Shown here piece by piece: positions 9,871-18,192 of a stretch of 64,000 bases of DNA. This DNA comes from Sediminispirochaeta smaragdinae DSM 11293 (GTDB taxonomy: Bacteria; Spirochaetota; Spirochaetia; DSM-16054; Sediminispirochaetaceae): positions 4,164,582-4,228,581 of the forward strand of contig NC_014364.1 in assembly GCF_000143985.1 (NCBI RefSeq), given 5' to 3'. Every line of letters begins with the position of its first letter. Within the stretch, counting starts at the first letter, position 1. A program made the translations under genes and the position numbers. The notes below the pieces were generated by a model. It saw only the letters and a list, made by a program, of their open reading frames with translations, was not told where the DNA came from and searched no databases.

Positions 9871-10740
9871 TTACGATCGAGCGTCTTGCTCCATGCGTTC
9901 TATAACCTGTGCCATCGTCCCCGAAAAGGGGCCTGGCTGTTCCATTTTCAGGGAACAAAGGGCTGCCGCAAAGGAGACCGATTCCTGTGGACCATGGTCG
10001 ATCCGCCTTGCCAGGTAAGCGGCAAAGGTCGTATCCCCTCGCCCGGTTCGTCCCGAGAGGTTTTTCGGCGTAAAGGGGGCCCGATATACCCTTCCGTCGG
10101 TATAGAGTATCACCTCGCTGTTGTGGGTGACCATCACCTCCCGTGCTCCCCAGGAGGCAAGCAGCTCGGCAGCTTCTTCGCGGTCATCAGAACCGGTGAG
10201 AATCTTTGCCTCTGCGGCATCGGTTTTCAGATAGTGGATCATTGGAAGGTAGCGTTTCTTATCCGCCCAATCGGAAAAGGAAAGGGCCTTTCCGTCATTG
10301 CACCGCAAAACGCCCTGGGCATCCAGAGCGACCTTTCCGTGCTTCGCGCATAAGGGTATCAGGCTATCCGGTATCTCTCCCCGGAAAAGCCCGGCAAGAT
10401 GAATGATCGATCCATCGAGATGGGCCTCAACCGAATCATCGAAGGGCCGGGCCTGCGACAACAGAACCACATCCCGGGTTTCACAGTCCGCGGTATGGTA
10501 GATGTTTCTGATACTGGTTGTGGCGGGCGAATCGAATCTGACGACATCGATTCCCCTGTCACGAATGACATTCAAAGCCTCATCGTCATCGGCAGACGCG
10601 ATGGTTAAAACACGGACCGCTTTCCCTGCACTTTTTGCCGCTGCCGAAGAGTAGATGACCGGTCCCCCGGTAAAACGCTGCACACCGTCAACGTACTCCA
10701 TAATGTCCTTGGAAATATGTCCGACCATGGTGATGTCCAT
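9871..10740 (-). CDS. PfkB family carbohydrate kinase (ribokinase-like fold)
   Basis: 289 aa. C-terminal anion-hole/ATP motif GRTGRGDTTFAAYL. Substrate cannot be assigned from sequence. Confidence 0.8.
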   Translation of the reverse strand: MDITMVGHISKDIMEYVDGVQRFTGGPVIYSSAAAKSAGKAVRVLTIASADDDEALNVIRDRGIDVVRFDSPATTSIRNIYHTADCETRDVVLLSQARPFDDSVEAHLDGSIIHLAGLFRGEIPDSLIPLCAKHGKVALDAQGVLRCNDGKALSFSDWADKKRYLPMIHYLKTDAAEAKILTGSDDREEAAELLASWGAREVMVTHNSEVILYTDGRVYRAPFTPKNLSGRTGRGDTTFAAYLARRIDHGPQESVSFAAALCSLKMEQPGPFSGTMAQVIERMEQDARS

Positions 10741-10763
10741 TTTTATGCCTCCCTGTTATGGTC

Positions 10764-11525
10764 TTATTGTTTCGGATGTTTAATCCAATCGGTATCGTAT
10801 AAACGTAATTTCCTGCCCGAATTCCGCCGAAGAACGGTCCGCAGCAGATCCACATTGTTCGTCGTAATCGAATAGACGCCGAGGGTAATCAATTCCTGCA
10901 TACGTTCTTCATCGTCTACGGTCCAAACCAAAATGGGAATATCATAGAGCCTTGAATAGCCCATAAACTCCGGCCTTAAATCTTCACACGAGATATTAAG
11001 ACCAAAACAATTCAGCTCCTTCACCGCCGATAGTTGCGCCCTCATATAATCACGATAGTCCGGAACCTTTTTCCAATCCCACGGATCGGCATTATACAGA
11101 ACCCGCGACCTGGGGCTTTTTCTATGCAACTCCTCTACTTCCGGCCGCCCACATCCGGAAAAAATAAAAGGCCGTTCAGACTCGTGGCGATCCAATATAC
11201 GCAGCAGAGGGTCGATAACCCGCTGCTCTTTGATATCGAGGTTCAGGCCAATGCGGTGATCCTCGCATATTCGCAGTGCTTGCTCAAGTGTAATAACAGT
11301 GGGATTCGTCTCAAATAATTGAGCGGATGTGGCCTCAGCAATCACCGAATCGCCAACTGCCGGGTCATGAGAGAGTATGACCACGTTATCGAGGGTGGCA
11401 CGGACATCGATCTCGATGATATCGGGGCGCTTCTCACATGCAAGTTTCAGATAGGCCATGCTGTTGGCCGGGGTTGAAAACCCTCCGCTGTGAACGGTAA
11501 TTAAAGGCCTGTGTTCCGTTGTCAT
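10764..11525 (-). CDS. GDPD-like phosphodiesterase family protein (divergent: HSGG instead of HRG)
   Basis: VHSGGFSTPANSMAYL...IEIDVRATLDNVVILSHD...VWTVDDEERMQELITLGVYSITTNNVDLL matches the GP-PDE TIM-barrel pattern, with the conserved Arg replaced. Confidence 0.55.
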   Translation of the reverse strand: MTTEHRPLITVHSGGFSTPANSMAYLKLACEKRPDIIEIDVRATLDNVVILSHDPAVGDSVIAEATSAQLFETNPTVITLEQALRICEDHRIGLNLDIKEQRVIDPLLRILDRHESERPFIFSGCGRPEVEELHRKSPRSRVLYNADPWDWKKVPDYRDYMRAQLSAVKELNCFGLNISCEDLRPEFMGYSRLYDIPILVWTVDDEERMQELITLGVYSITTNNVDLLRTVLRRNSGRKLRLYDTDWIKHPKQ

Positions 11526-12361
11526 TATTTCAAGCTCATCGAAAAACCCTTCGTATAATACTTATATACGAAGTTGGAAAAGAGCAGTACCGGCACCGTT
11601 GTCAACAATCCGATACTCATCAATTCGCCCCATAGCGTCTCGTACTCACCTATGTAGTTGACAATAACCAGCGGCAAGGTTTCCAGAGAGGGGGTCCTGA
11701 CAAAGAGCAGGGCGAAGAGAAACTCATCCCATGCAGAGATGATCCCGAAGATGGAAGTGGCGATAATACCCGTCCTGGCAAGGGGAAGAACAATGTTACC
11801 CAAGATGTACCAGCGACTTGCCCCGTCGATAAGGGCAGCCTCTTCAAAGGAAATCGGAACAGATTTAAGAAATCCGAAAATCATCCAGATACAATAGGGC
11901 AAGGTATAGACCTGATAGACCAGGATAAGACCAAGCAACTTGTTGATCAGGTGCATCGAGTTGAACATGGTATAGAGAGGAATCGCCAGTACGACCGGGG
12001 GCAATATTTTTACAACCAAGACCCACACAAGGAAAAGCGAGTTGAATGCCAAGGGAAACCGGTATCGAACCAGAGCATATGCAGCGGTAAAGGAGAGGAA
12101 AAGAGAAAGGCCTGTGGCACATACGGCCACAATCAGGCTGTTGAGCATGTTGTGCAAAAAGCCCGATTGTAAAACCGCTTTATAATTCATGAAGGTAGGA
12201 TCATGAGGGAACAGGGTCGGCTTCGGAAGAATAACCTCTACCGGTGTCTTACAGGATGTTACGATGATCCAATAAATAGGGAACAGGATGATACCCATGA
12301 TGACGGCCAATGCAATCCAGAACAGGGGATTGGAACTTTTCTTTCGTATATGCCTTCTCAT
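11525..12361 (-). CDS. ABC transporter permease (MalG/UgpE-like)
   Basis: 278 aa polytopic; EAALIDGASRWYILGNIVLP EAA loop. Confidence 0.85.
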   Translation of the reverse strand: MRRHIRKKSSNPLFWIALAVIMGIILFPIYWIIVTSCKTPVEVILPKPTLFPHDPTFMNYKAVLQSGFLHNMLNSLIVAVCATGLSLFLSFTAAYALVRYRFPLAFNSLFLVWVLVVKILPPVVLAIPLYTMFNSMHLINKLLGLILVYQVYTLPYCIWMIFGFLKSVPISFEEAALIDGASRWYILGNIVLPLARTGIIATSIFGIISAWDEFLFALLFVRTPSLETLPLVIVNYIGEYETLWGELMSIGLLTTVPVLLFSNFVYKYYTKGFSMSLK

Positions 12362-13236
12362 GCATCCTCCTGAAGGATCTTCCTGATGTAGATCAGGGAA
12401 ATCCCGGCCGCAACGATCAGGGTAATGATGGAAGCGGTTGAGGCCCTTCCCAAATTGAAATAGGAAAAGCCTTCACGATAGATAAAGTAAGAGAGCGTCT
12501 CCGTCGAGTTGCCCGGACCGCCCTGGGTCAAGGCATACACCTTGCCGAAGAGCTTGAAGGTATCGATTGTTCTCAGCATGATCAGAAGCATGATCTGGCT
12601 TGAGAGGATAGGCAGGGTAATTCGTCCGACGATTTGATGGTATTTTGCTCCGTCGATTTGTGCAGCCTCGTAGATTTCACCTGGTATCGAACTCATCGCC
12701 GCCTGGGTCATGATGAAAGTAAAGGGGGTCCACTGCCAGATATCGACGATGACAATGGAGAAGAGAGCCTTCCCCTGATCGATCAGCCACCCCACGGGCT
12801 TTGCGCCAATGGATCGCAGCGTTGCGTTAAAAAGACCGATATCGTAATGGTACAGGGTCTTCCAGATGGCACAGATGACCATCGTCGATATCATCATGGG
12901 AAAAATCGATATGATCATGAATACCCTTTTACCGGCGAAGCGGCCGTCGAAAATAAGAGCGAGGATGATCCCGCCCGCAACCTCCGCCGCCGTGGCCAAA
13001 AGCGAGAAAAGCAGGGTATTGAGAAATGCCTGTTGAAATAGCTGTTCGCTTAGGATCTCCTTAAAATTACCAAGGCCGACAAAGGTTTTTATATCGGTAA
13101 TATAATTGTATTTGAAAAAAGAGAGGTCGACGACATGGATGACAGGATAGATGGTCAGCCAAGCCATAATTGCCGCCGCCGGGGAAATCAGAATGAAAAA
13201 AAAGAGATTTTTCCGGATGTAATTTCCAGTCCTCAT
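12358..13236 (-). CDS. ABC transporter permease (MalF/UgpA-like)
   Basis: Start moved to the ATG at 13236 (MRTGNYIRKNLFFF), which is preceded by AGGAGA 7 nt upstream. EAAQIDGAKYHQIVGRITLP EAA loop. Confidence 0.8.
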   Translation of the reverse strand: MRTGNYIRKNLFFFILISPAAAIMAWLTIYPVIHVVDLSFFKYNYITDIKTFVGLGNFKEILSEQLFQQAFLNTLLFSLLATAAEVAGGIILALIFDGRFAGKRVFMIISIFPMMISTMVICAIWKTLYHYDIGLFNATLRSIGAKPVGWLIDQGKALFSIVIVDIWQWTPFTFIMTQAAMSSIPGEIYEAAQIDGAKYHQIVGRITLPILSSQIMLLIMLRTIDTFKLFGKVYALTQGGPGNSTETLSYFIYREGFSYFNLGRASTASIITLIVAAGISLIYIRKILQEDA

Positions 13237-13331
13237 GTAGTAATCTCCTGTCGCATAAAAATGAGTACCGAAACGCAATAGAGAGCACATAAGGCCGGGC
13301 CGGGATGCCCCGGCCTTATCGTGGATAGCGG

Positions 13332-14603
13332 CTACTTAAGAATATTGGTAATGCCCTTCTCTGCTTCCGTCAGAGCCTGCTCAGCGCTTATATTCCCCAT
13401 AAGGGCGAACTGAAGCACTGTACCAAGTTGGTCCTCCACTTCCTTCCACTTTGTTGTTCGTGTACGGGCCACGCCGTTGAGCAAGGCATCGAGCTGTGCC
13501 GGATACCAGGGATATTTTTCCTGCTGGGAGGTGAGCCTATAGACCTCGCTTCTCGTCGGCGGTAATCCTACACTATCGGACATTGCAACCTGCATATCGT
13601 AACTTGTCAGAAAGCGCAGGAAATCAAAGGCGGCCTGCTGGTGTTTCGAGGCCTTTGGAATTCCGGCCAGCCACACCCCGATCATTGGTGACGATTTCTC
13701 AACCTCGCCGGGATGTTTGATCACCTTGACCTTTCCGACAACGGAAGATTTCTCGGGGTTTTCCAAATCGCCTATCCAGCCAGGCCACACCTCGGTTGCT
13801 ATCGCCGCTTTGCCGGAATAGATGGCGTCTTTAACCTGGGCCGACTGATACATGGAGACGCCTTCGGGAGCGTACGTGCTCAGCTCAAGAAAATAGTGTA
13901 ACGCGTTGAGTCCTTCGGGTGAGTTGATGGTTACATTGCCGTCGGCATCGAGGATCTTTCCGCCGAAAGCCCAGAAGATGGGAAGAAATCCGGTAACAAT
14001 TGGATTGCCTTTTACCCCTCTGAAGACGACGCCGTCGATGGAAGGCTCGTTTTTATCGATAGTCTTCACCGCCGTAAGGACTTGCGACCAGGATTGTGGC
14101 TCTTGGAGGCCGTACTTTGCAAACAGGTCCGTTCGATAGGCAAACAGCTCTACGTTACCTGCAAAGGGAAGTGCATAGAGTGTTCCATGTGCCGTATAGG
14201 GATAGCGCCCCAGCCTCAGCGTCGGTTCGATGAAGTCGGGATCGATGCTAACTCCGGCCTGCTCGTAAAGGTCATCAAGGTTTGCAAGCCAGTTTACCTC
14301 CAGAAACTGGGTGGCATTGGGATCATCGATGAGAATCACATCGTATGTACCTGTTTCACTTCTCATGTCGATCACGGTTTTTTCAAATAGACTGCTTCCC
14401 GAGAGTTTCAACACCTCAAAGGATACCTCGGGATGCTTCTCGTGGTATGCGTCCGCCGCCATCTGCATTGCTTCGCCGTAGGCACCGTCCCGGCCGGCAA
14501 TTGTCAACTTGATCTCTGTTTCCCCACCCTCCTGGGCTCCGCCGGCAAAGAGCAGGCCGACGGCCGAGAAAAGAAAACACAGCATAGCTATTCGCTTCTT
14601 CAT
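13332..14603 (-). CDS. ABC transporter substrate-binding protein (solute-binding family 1)
   Basis: 423 aa with signal peptide MKKRIAMLCFLFSAVGLLFAGGAQEG. Heads a second SBP-permease-permease operon that has no ATPase gene of its own. Confidence 0.8.
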   Translation of the reverse strand: MKKRIAMLCFLFSAVGLLFAGGAQEGGETEIKLTIAGRDGAYGEAMQMAADAYHEKHPEVSFEVLKLSGSSLFEKTVIDMRSETGTYDVILIDDPNATQFLEVNWLANLDDLYEQAGVSIDPDFIEPTLRLGRYPYTAHGTLYALPFAGNVELFAYRTDLFAKYGLQEPQSWSQVLTAVKTIDKNEPSIDGVVFRGVKGNPIVTGFLPIFWAFGGKILDADGNVTINSPEGLNALHYFLELSTYAPEGVSMYQSAQVKDAIYSGKAAIATEVWPGWIGDLENPEKSSVVGKVKVIKHPGEVEKSSPMIGVWLAGIPKASKHQQAAFDFLRFLTSYDMQVAMSDSVGLPPTRSEVYRLTSQQEKYPWYPAQLDALLNGVARTRTTKWKEVEDQLGTVLQFALMGNISAEQALTEAEKGITNILK

Positions 14604-14750
14604 ATATCCCTCCTGTTGATTGATATCCTATCATGCATGGTCCCACAAGCAAGCTTGTTCGGATTTTCACTTAACAACTCGATACCGCATAGGTTATACT
14701 TTCTACTTAGCATATGACGCTCATAAACTAAGCAACGACATGGAGCTGCT

Positions 14751-15716
14751 ATGATTACACATAGGGTTAAACGACAAGATCTTATCATGGCGCTGTTTGT
14801 CCTTTTTTCCTCCGAATACGATCGTCAGTCCCATGAATCCATCCTCGATATCGTGATACCGATATCGGAGGTAAAAGCGTATATCGAAAAACGTTTCCGC
14901 GTTTCCTATTCCGGAAGTAGCTGGATCTATACGCAAATTCACAACTATGAAGACGAGATCGGATACCGGCTCTTCGATAAAGAACGTACCGCCAAGGATG
15001 AATACGCCCTGCGTTTACACCGTTCCATGCTGGCCTTTACCCAAAAACGGCACCTTTACATCAACCAAAAGATAAAAGTCAGTAATGCCCTCTACGATAT
15101 GATCCTACACCGAAGTGACAGCCGTCAGTATGCAGATACCTCGGCACCGACGATTAAGCTGCTCATCGATGCCGGTAGTACCGTCTATCACCTCGCAGAC
15201 ATCATTGCAAACCACAGCAGCGAATCGCCTATTTATTATGAGGTATTCACCCATAACATCAGTATCATTGAACGATTTCTCGAACCACATGTAAAAACGG
15301 AGCAGATCACGGTCAAAACCCCGACAGGAGAGGTAGATCCCGTTACCAATTCGATTCTCGGAGACGATATCTCTCTTTATAAAGGGCCCGCCTTCGACAT
15401 GATTATCCAAGGAACCTCATTCTTATTCGACGGAACCGTAGGTGTGGAGCAGGAACGGGAAAGCAGGGTTAAACAAAAAATTCTCCAAGAGACGCAAGGT
15501 CCGAAAATCCTCATCCTCACCGGACATGAAATCCGTACGGAGCCTCCGGAAAAATCCCAATTCTCCTTTGGAAAACTCACGGATTTCGACCTCCTGGTGG
15601 TACCCTTCAATGCCAGAAGCAAGGCGAAAAATCTCAACGCCATGCTCGAACGCTATGAATCGGTACTGAAACCGGAGATTATGAACTGGAATTACAGGAT
15701 CTATCATATCCAATAG
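14751..15716 (+). CDS. DeoR C-terminal sensor (DeoRC)-like domain protein, putative regulator with atypical N-terminus
   Basis: Residues about 130-300 (IKLLIDAGSTVYHLADII...VFTHNISIIERF...ILILTGHEIRT...FDLLVVPFNARSK) follow the DeoRC pattern. No recognisable HTH in the first 100 aa. Confidence 0.45.
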   Translation: MITHRVKRQDLIMALFVLFSSEYDRQSHESILDIVIPISEVKAYIEKRFRVSYSGSSWIYTQIHNYEDEIGYRLFDKERTAKDEYALRLHRSMLAFTQKRHLYINQKIKVSNALYDMILHRSDSRQYADTSAPTIKLLIDAGSTVYHLADIIANHSSESPIYYEVFTHNISIIERFLEPHVKTEQITVKTPTGEVDPVTNSILGDDISLYKGPAFDMIIQGTSFLFDGTVGVEQERESRVKQKILQETQGPKILILTGHEIRTEPPEKSQFSFGKLTDFDLLVVPFNARSKAKNLNAMLERYESVLKPEIMNWNYRIYHIQ

Positions 15717-15744
15717 TACCTTTTCTCTGTCAGATGCATGCTAT

Positions 15745-16209
15745 ATGCTGGTGGGCATGGAACCTTTTGAGATCATCAAAGCAGAATCGTCTCACATTCC
15801 CGATCTATGTAAACTTCTGGAAATTCTTTTTTCCCAGGAAGAGGAGTTTTGTCCGGACCGATCAAAACAGGAAGCGGGACTTCGCATGATTATCGAAAAT
15901 CCCGATACAGGTTTCGTCCTTGCCGCGCTGAAGCATGGAAGCATCGTCGGCATGGTAAATATTCTTTTTACCGTCTCAACAGCCCTCGGAGCACGGGTTG
16001 CTCTCCTTGAAGACCTCATTGTTCGCCCCGAAGAGCGAAGAAAGGGCATAGGGAAAGGGCTTATCACCGAGGCATCAAGGTGCGCAAAACAAGCAGGTTG
16101 CATGCGACTTACCCTTTTGACCGACGGGGCCAATACCACCGCTCATCATTTCTATCAAAAGAATGGCTTTTCATATTCAAACATGCAAATATTCAGAAAA
16201 CTGCTTTAA
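15745..16209 (+). CDS. GNAT family N-acetyltransferase
   Basis: 154 aa with acetyl-CoA binding motif VRPEERRKGIGKGLI and C-terminal HHFYQKNGF. Confidence 0.8.
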   Translation: MLVGMEPFEIIKAESSHIPDLCKLLEILFSQEEEFCPDRSKQEAGLRMIIENPDTGFVLAALKHGSIVGMVNILFTVSTALGARVALLEDLIVRPEERRKGIGKGLITEASRCAKQAGCMRLTLLTDGANTTAHHFYQKNGFSYSNMQIFRKLL

Positions 16210-16236
16210 TTAAGGATAAAGCCATAAGAGTTTCCT

Positions 16237-16265
16237 TGACAGCTTTGCCTTGGCGATCAAGAATA
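16237..16265 (+). promoter_or_regulatory. Candidate sigma-70 promoter upstream of the encapsulin operon (TTGACA, 17 nt, AAGAAT)
   Basis: Perfect -35 TTGACA at 16237-16242. The -10 is weak. Confidence 0.25.
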
Positions 16266-16291
16266 GGGTATGTCAACAAGGAGGAGGCATT

Positions 16292-16660
16292 ATGGAATTT
16301 GGAAATCCCTTCAGCGTAAAAGATAACGACAGAATGCTCAATCACGGCGAGTTGGTACGGGCCATCAGAATGATGGTTGCGGCGGAATACGAGGCAACTC
16401 AGCTCTATGAACAGTTGGCTGCATCAACGGACAATACCCTTGCAAGCCAGGTATTACTAGATATTGCCGACGAAGAAAAGGTACACGCAGGAGAATTCCT
16501 TCGCTTACTCAAGGAACTGGCACCAGAAGAAGAGGGTTTTTACCAACAGGGCGCCGAGGAAGTCGAAGAAGAGTTCCTGGGAGGAGCCTCGAAGTCGACC
16601 GGTACCGCTTCACAGGAATCAGGTGGTCTTGGTATCGGCAGCCTAAAGGGCCGGGAATAG
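16292..16660 (+). CDS. Encapsulin cargo: ferritin-like protein (Flp/EncFtn) with C-terminal targeting peptide
   Basis: Start moved to the ATG at 16292 (MEFGNPF), preceded by AAGGAGGAGG. Ferritin-like ExxH segments (AAEYEATQLY, DEEKVHAGEF) and a C-terminal GGLGIGSLKG that matches family-1 cargo-loading peptides. Lies immediately upstream of the shell gene. Confidence 0.8.
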   Translation: MEFGNPFSVKDNDRMLNHGELVRAIRMMVAAEYEATQLYEQLAASTDNTLASQVLLDIADEEKVHAGEFLRLLKELAPEEEGFYQQGAEEVEEEFLGGASKSTGTASQESGGLGIGSLKGRE

Positions 16661-16668
16661 GAGGTAAC

Positions 16669-17466
16669 ATGGATATCCTGAAACGAGATCTCGCACCGAT
16701 AAGCGATGCTGCATGGAAAGAAATAGACGAGATGGCGAGGGAGACTCTGGCTGCCAATTTGTCGGGACGAAAGTTCCTTGACGTATCGGGCCCTCACGGT
16801 ATTGGATACACGAGTGTGGACCTGGGGCGTCTCTCCCTCAGCAAGGACCAAAAAAAAGACGAGGTCCGATACGGTGTCTATATGGTTCAGCCCCTGGTGG
16901 AAAGCCGTATCGGTTTTTCTCTGAAAACCTGGGAACTGGACAACATCGAACGGGGGGCCCTTGATATCGATCTGACCCCAGTCGTAACGGCGGCAAAAAA
17001 GATGGCGGCTTTTGAGGAAACGGCAATTTTCAAGGGTTTTAAGCCCGGTATGATTACCGGTATCCAGGATGCCGTCGACAGCGAGAAAATACCGCTTAAG
17101 CTCGAAAATGCAGCGATCGTCGATGCCGTTTCCGAAGCAAAAACCAGGTTGCTTGCGGAAGGTGTCAGGGGTGCAAGTAACCTTATTGTCAATTCCGAAT
17201 TGTGGAAGTTCATGGGTCGTCCGACCCCTGGCGGCTCACTAAAAACCTTGGTGGAAAAGCAAATTGAGGGTAAAGTCATCTACTCAGGGTTTGTAGATAC
17301 AGCCCTCCTCGCCTCCGATCGTGGAGGAGACTTTGAACTCACCCTGGGGCAGGACCTTTCCATAGGCTACCATCACCACGATTCCGAAGAGGTTCATCTT
17401 TTCTTCTCGGAATCTTTTAGTTTCCGCGTCATTACCCCGGAAGCTCTGGTCTGCTTTAGTATGTAA
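16669..17466 (+). CDS. Family 1 encapsulin nanocompartment shell protein (linocin M18-like, HK97 fold)
   Basis: 265 aa, collinear with T. maritima encapsulin: MDILKRDLAPISDAAWKEIDE...GRKFLDV...WELDNIERG...DRGGDFELTLGQDLSIGY...FRVITPEAL. Confidence 0.9.
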   Translation: MDILKRDLAPISDAAWKEIDEMARETLAANLSGRKFLDVSGPHGIGYTSVDLGRLSLSKDQKKDEVRYGVYMVQPLVESRIGFSLKTWELDNIERGALDIDLTPVVTAAKKMAAFEETAIFKGFKPGMITGIQDAVDSEKIPLKLENAAIVDAVSEAKTRLLAEGVRGASNLIVNSELWKFMGRPTPGGSLKTLVEKQIEGKVIYSGFVDTALLASDRGGDFELTLGQDLSIGYHHHDSEEVHLFFSESFSFRVITPEALVCFSM

Positions 17467-17477
17467 TTCTATGCTTC

Positions 17478-17512
17478 CCGGCTTCACGGTCGGGGAGCTC
17501 TTTTTACCGGCA
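17478..17512 (+). terminator. Probable intrinsic terminator after the encapsulin gene
   Basis: GC-rich imperfect hairpin (cccggcttcacggtcgggg) followed by ctcttttt. Confidence 0.35.
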
Positions 17513-17685
17513 ATCTTTCCCACGGGTATATATTTAACATAGTGTTCCGAATCCTGGTGGTCAAAGCATCCTAATTCTTTTTCTTTCCATCAATTACAAG
17601 ACTACAGGTGTAAAAGATCAAGTAATCCGGGAAATGAAAGGATTTCTCCGGGGAAAACGGCATAAAACCACCAGGATTCCGGACA

Positions 17686-18069
17686 CTAGTTCATGCCTGC
17701 CTCTTCGCACGACTTTTCGGTACGAGAGAGTGTGCTGCCCCTCGAATCCATGACAGCATAAAGCTGCTGGATTACATACAGAATACCCTCGGCAATTCGT
17801 GTACCTGCATTGGTTAGTCCATATTCCACATGAGGAGGCCCTTTTTCCAACTCCCGGCGATAAATAAGACCTTCTTCTTCCAGAAGTTTGAGACTCTTCG
17901 ACAGCATTCGCTCGCTAATTCCCTCTATCGATCGAGATAGTGTACCGAAACGTGCAGGCCCCTCTTGAAGGCGTGCAAGGATAAGGACGCCCCAGCGACT
18001 GAATATATGCAGAAAAGCGGACCGGGAGGGACAACCGGCGGCAAACACATCGTACGGAATTTGCTTCAT
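17686..18069 (-). CDS. HxlR family winged-helix transcriptional regulator
   Basis: CPSRSAFLHIFSRWGVLILARLQEGPARFGTLSRSIEGISERMLSKSLKLLEEEGLIYRRELEKGPPHVEYGLTNAG is the HxlR signature. The first M of the track ORF is TTG, so the start was moved to the ATG at 18069 (MKQIPYD). Confidence 0.8.
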   Translation of the reverse strand: MKQIPYDVFAAGCPSRSAFLHIFSRWGVLILARLQEGPARFGTLSRSIEGISERMLSKSLKLLEEEGLIYRRELEKGPPHVEYGLTNAGTRIAEGILYVIQQLYAVMDSRGSTLSRTEKSCEEAGMN

Positions 18070-18134
18070 ATCATCACCATGCAAAAAAAATCATTGAACA
18101 ATACTAAACGTAGCATAAAAAAAAAGAGTTGTCA

Positions 18135-18183
18135 CTTACGAAAAGTTAGTACTATATTTCATGAGTAACTAACTTTTCGTAAG
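18135..18183. promoter_or_regulatory. Perfect 16-bp inverted repeat (cttacgaaaagttagt N17 actaacttttcgtaag), candidate HxlR operator
   Basis: Exact reverse-complement arms at 18135-18150 and 18168-18183 in the divergent hxlR/nmrA-like intergenic region, ending about 10 nt before the NmrA-like start codon. Confidence 0.5.
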
Positions 18184-18192
18184 GAGAAAAAG

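Noticed and set aside
16080-16319. Small ORFs of 60-100 aa scattered in intergenic regions (for example 16080-16319, 17284-17523, 14416-14670).
   Set aside because: They overlap promoters or terminators or the ends of real genes, have no ribosome-binding site and no recognisable motifs, and are most likely non-coding.
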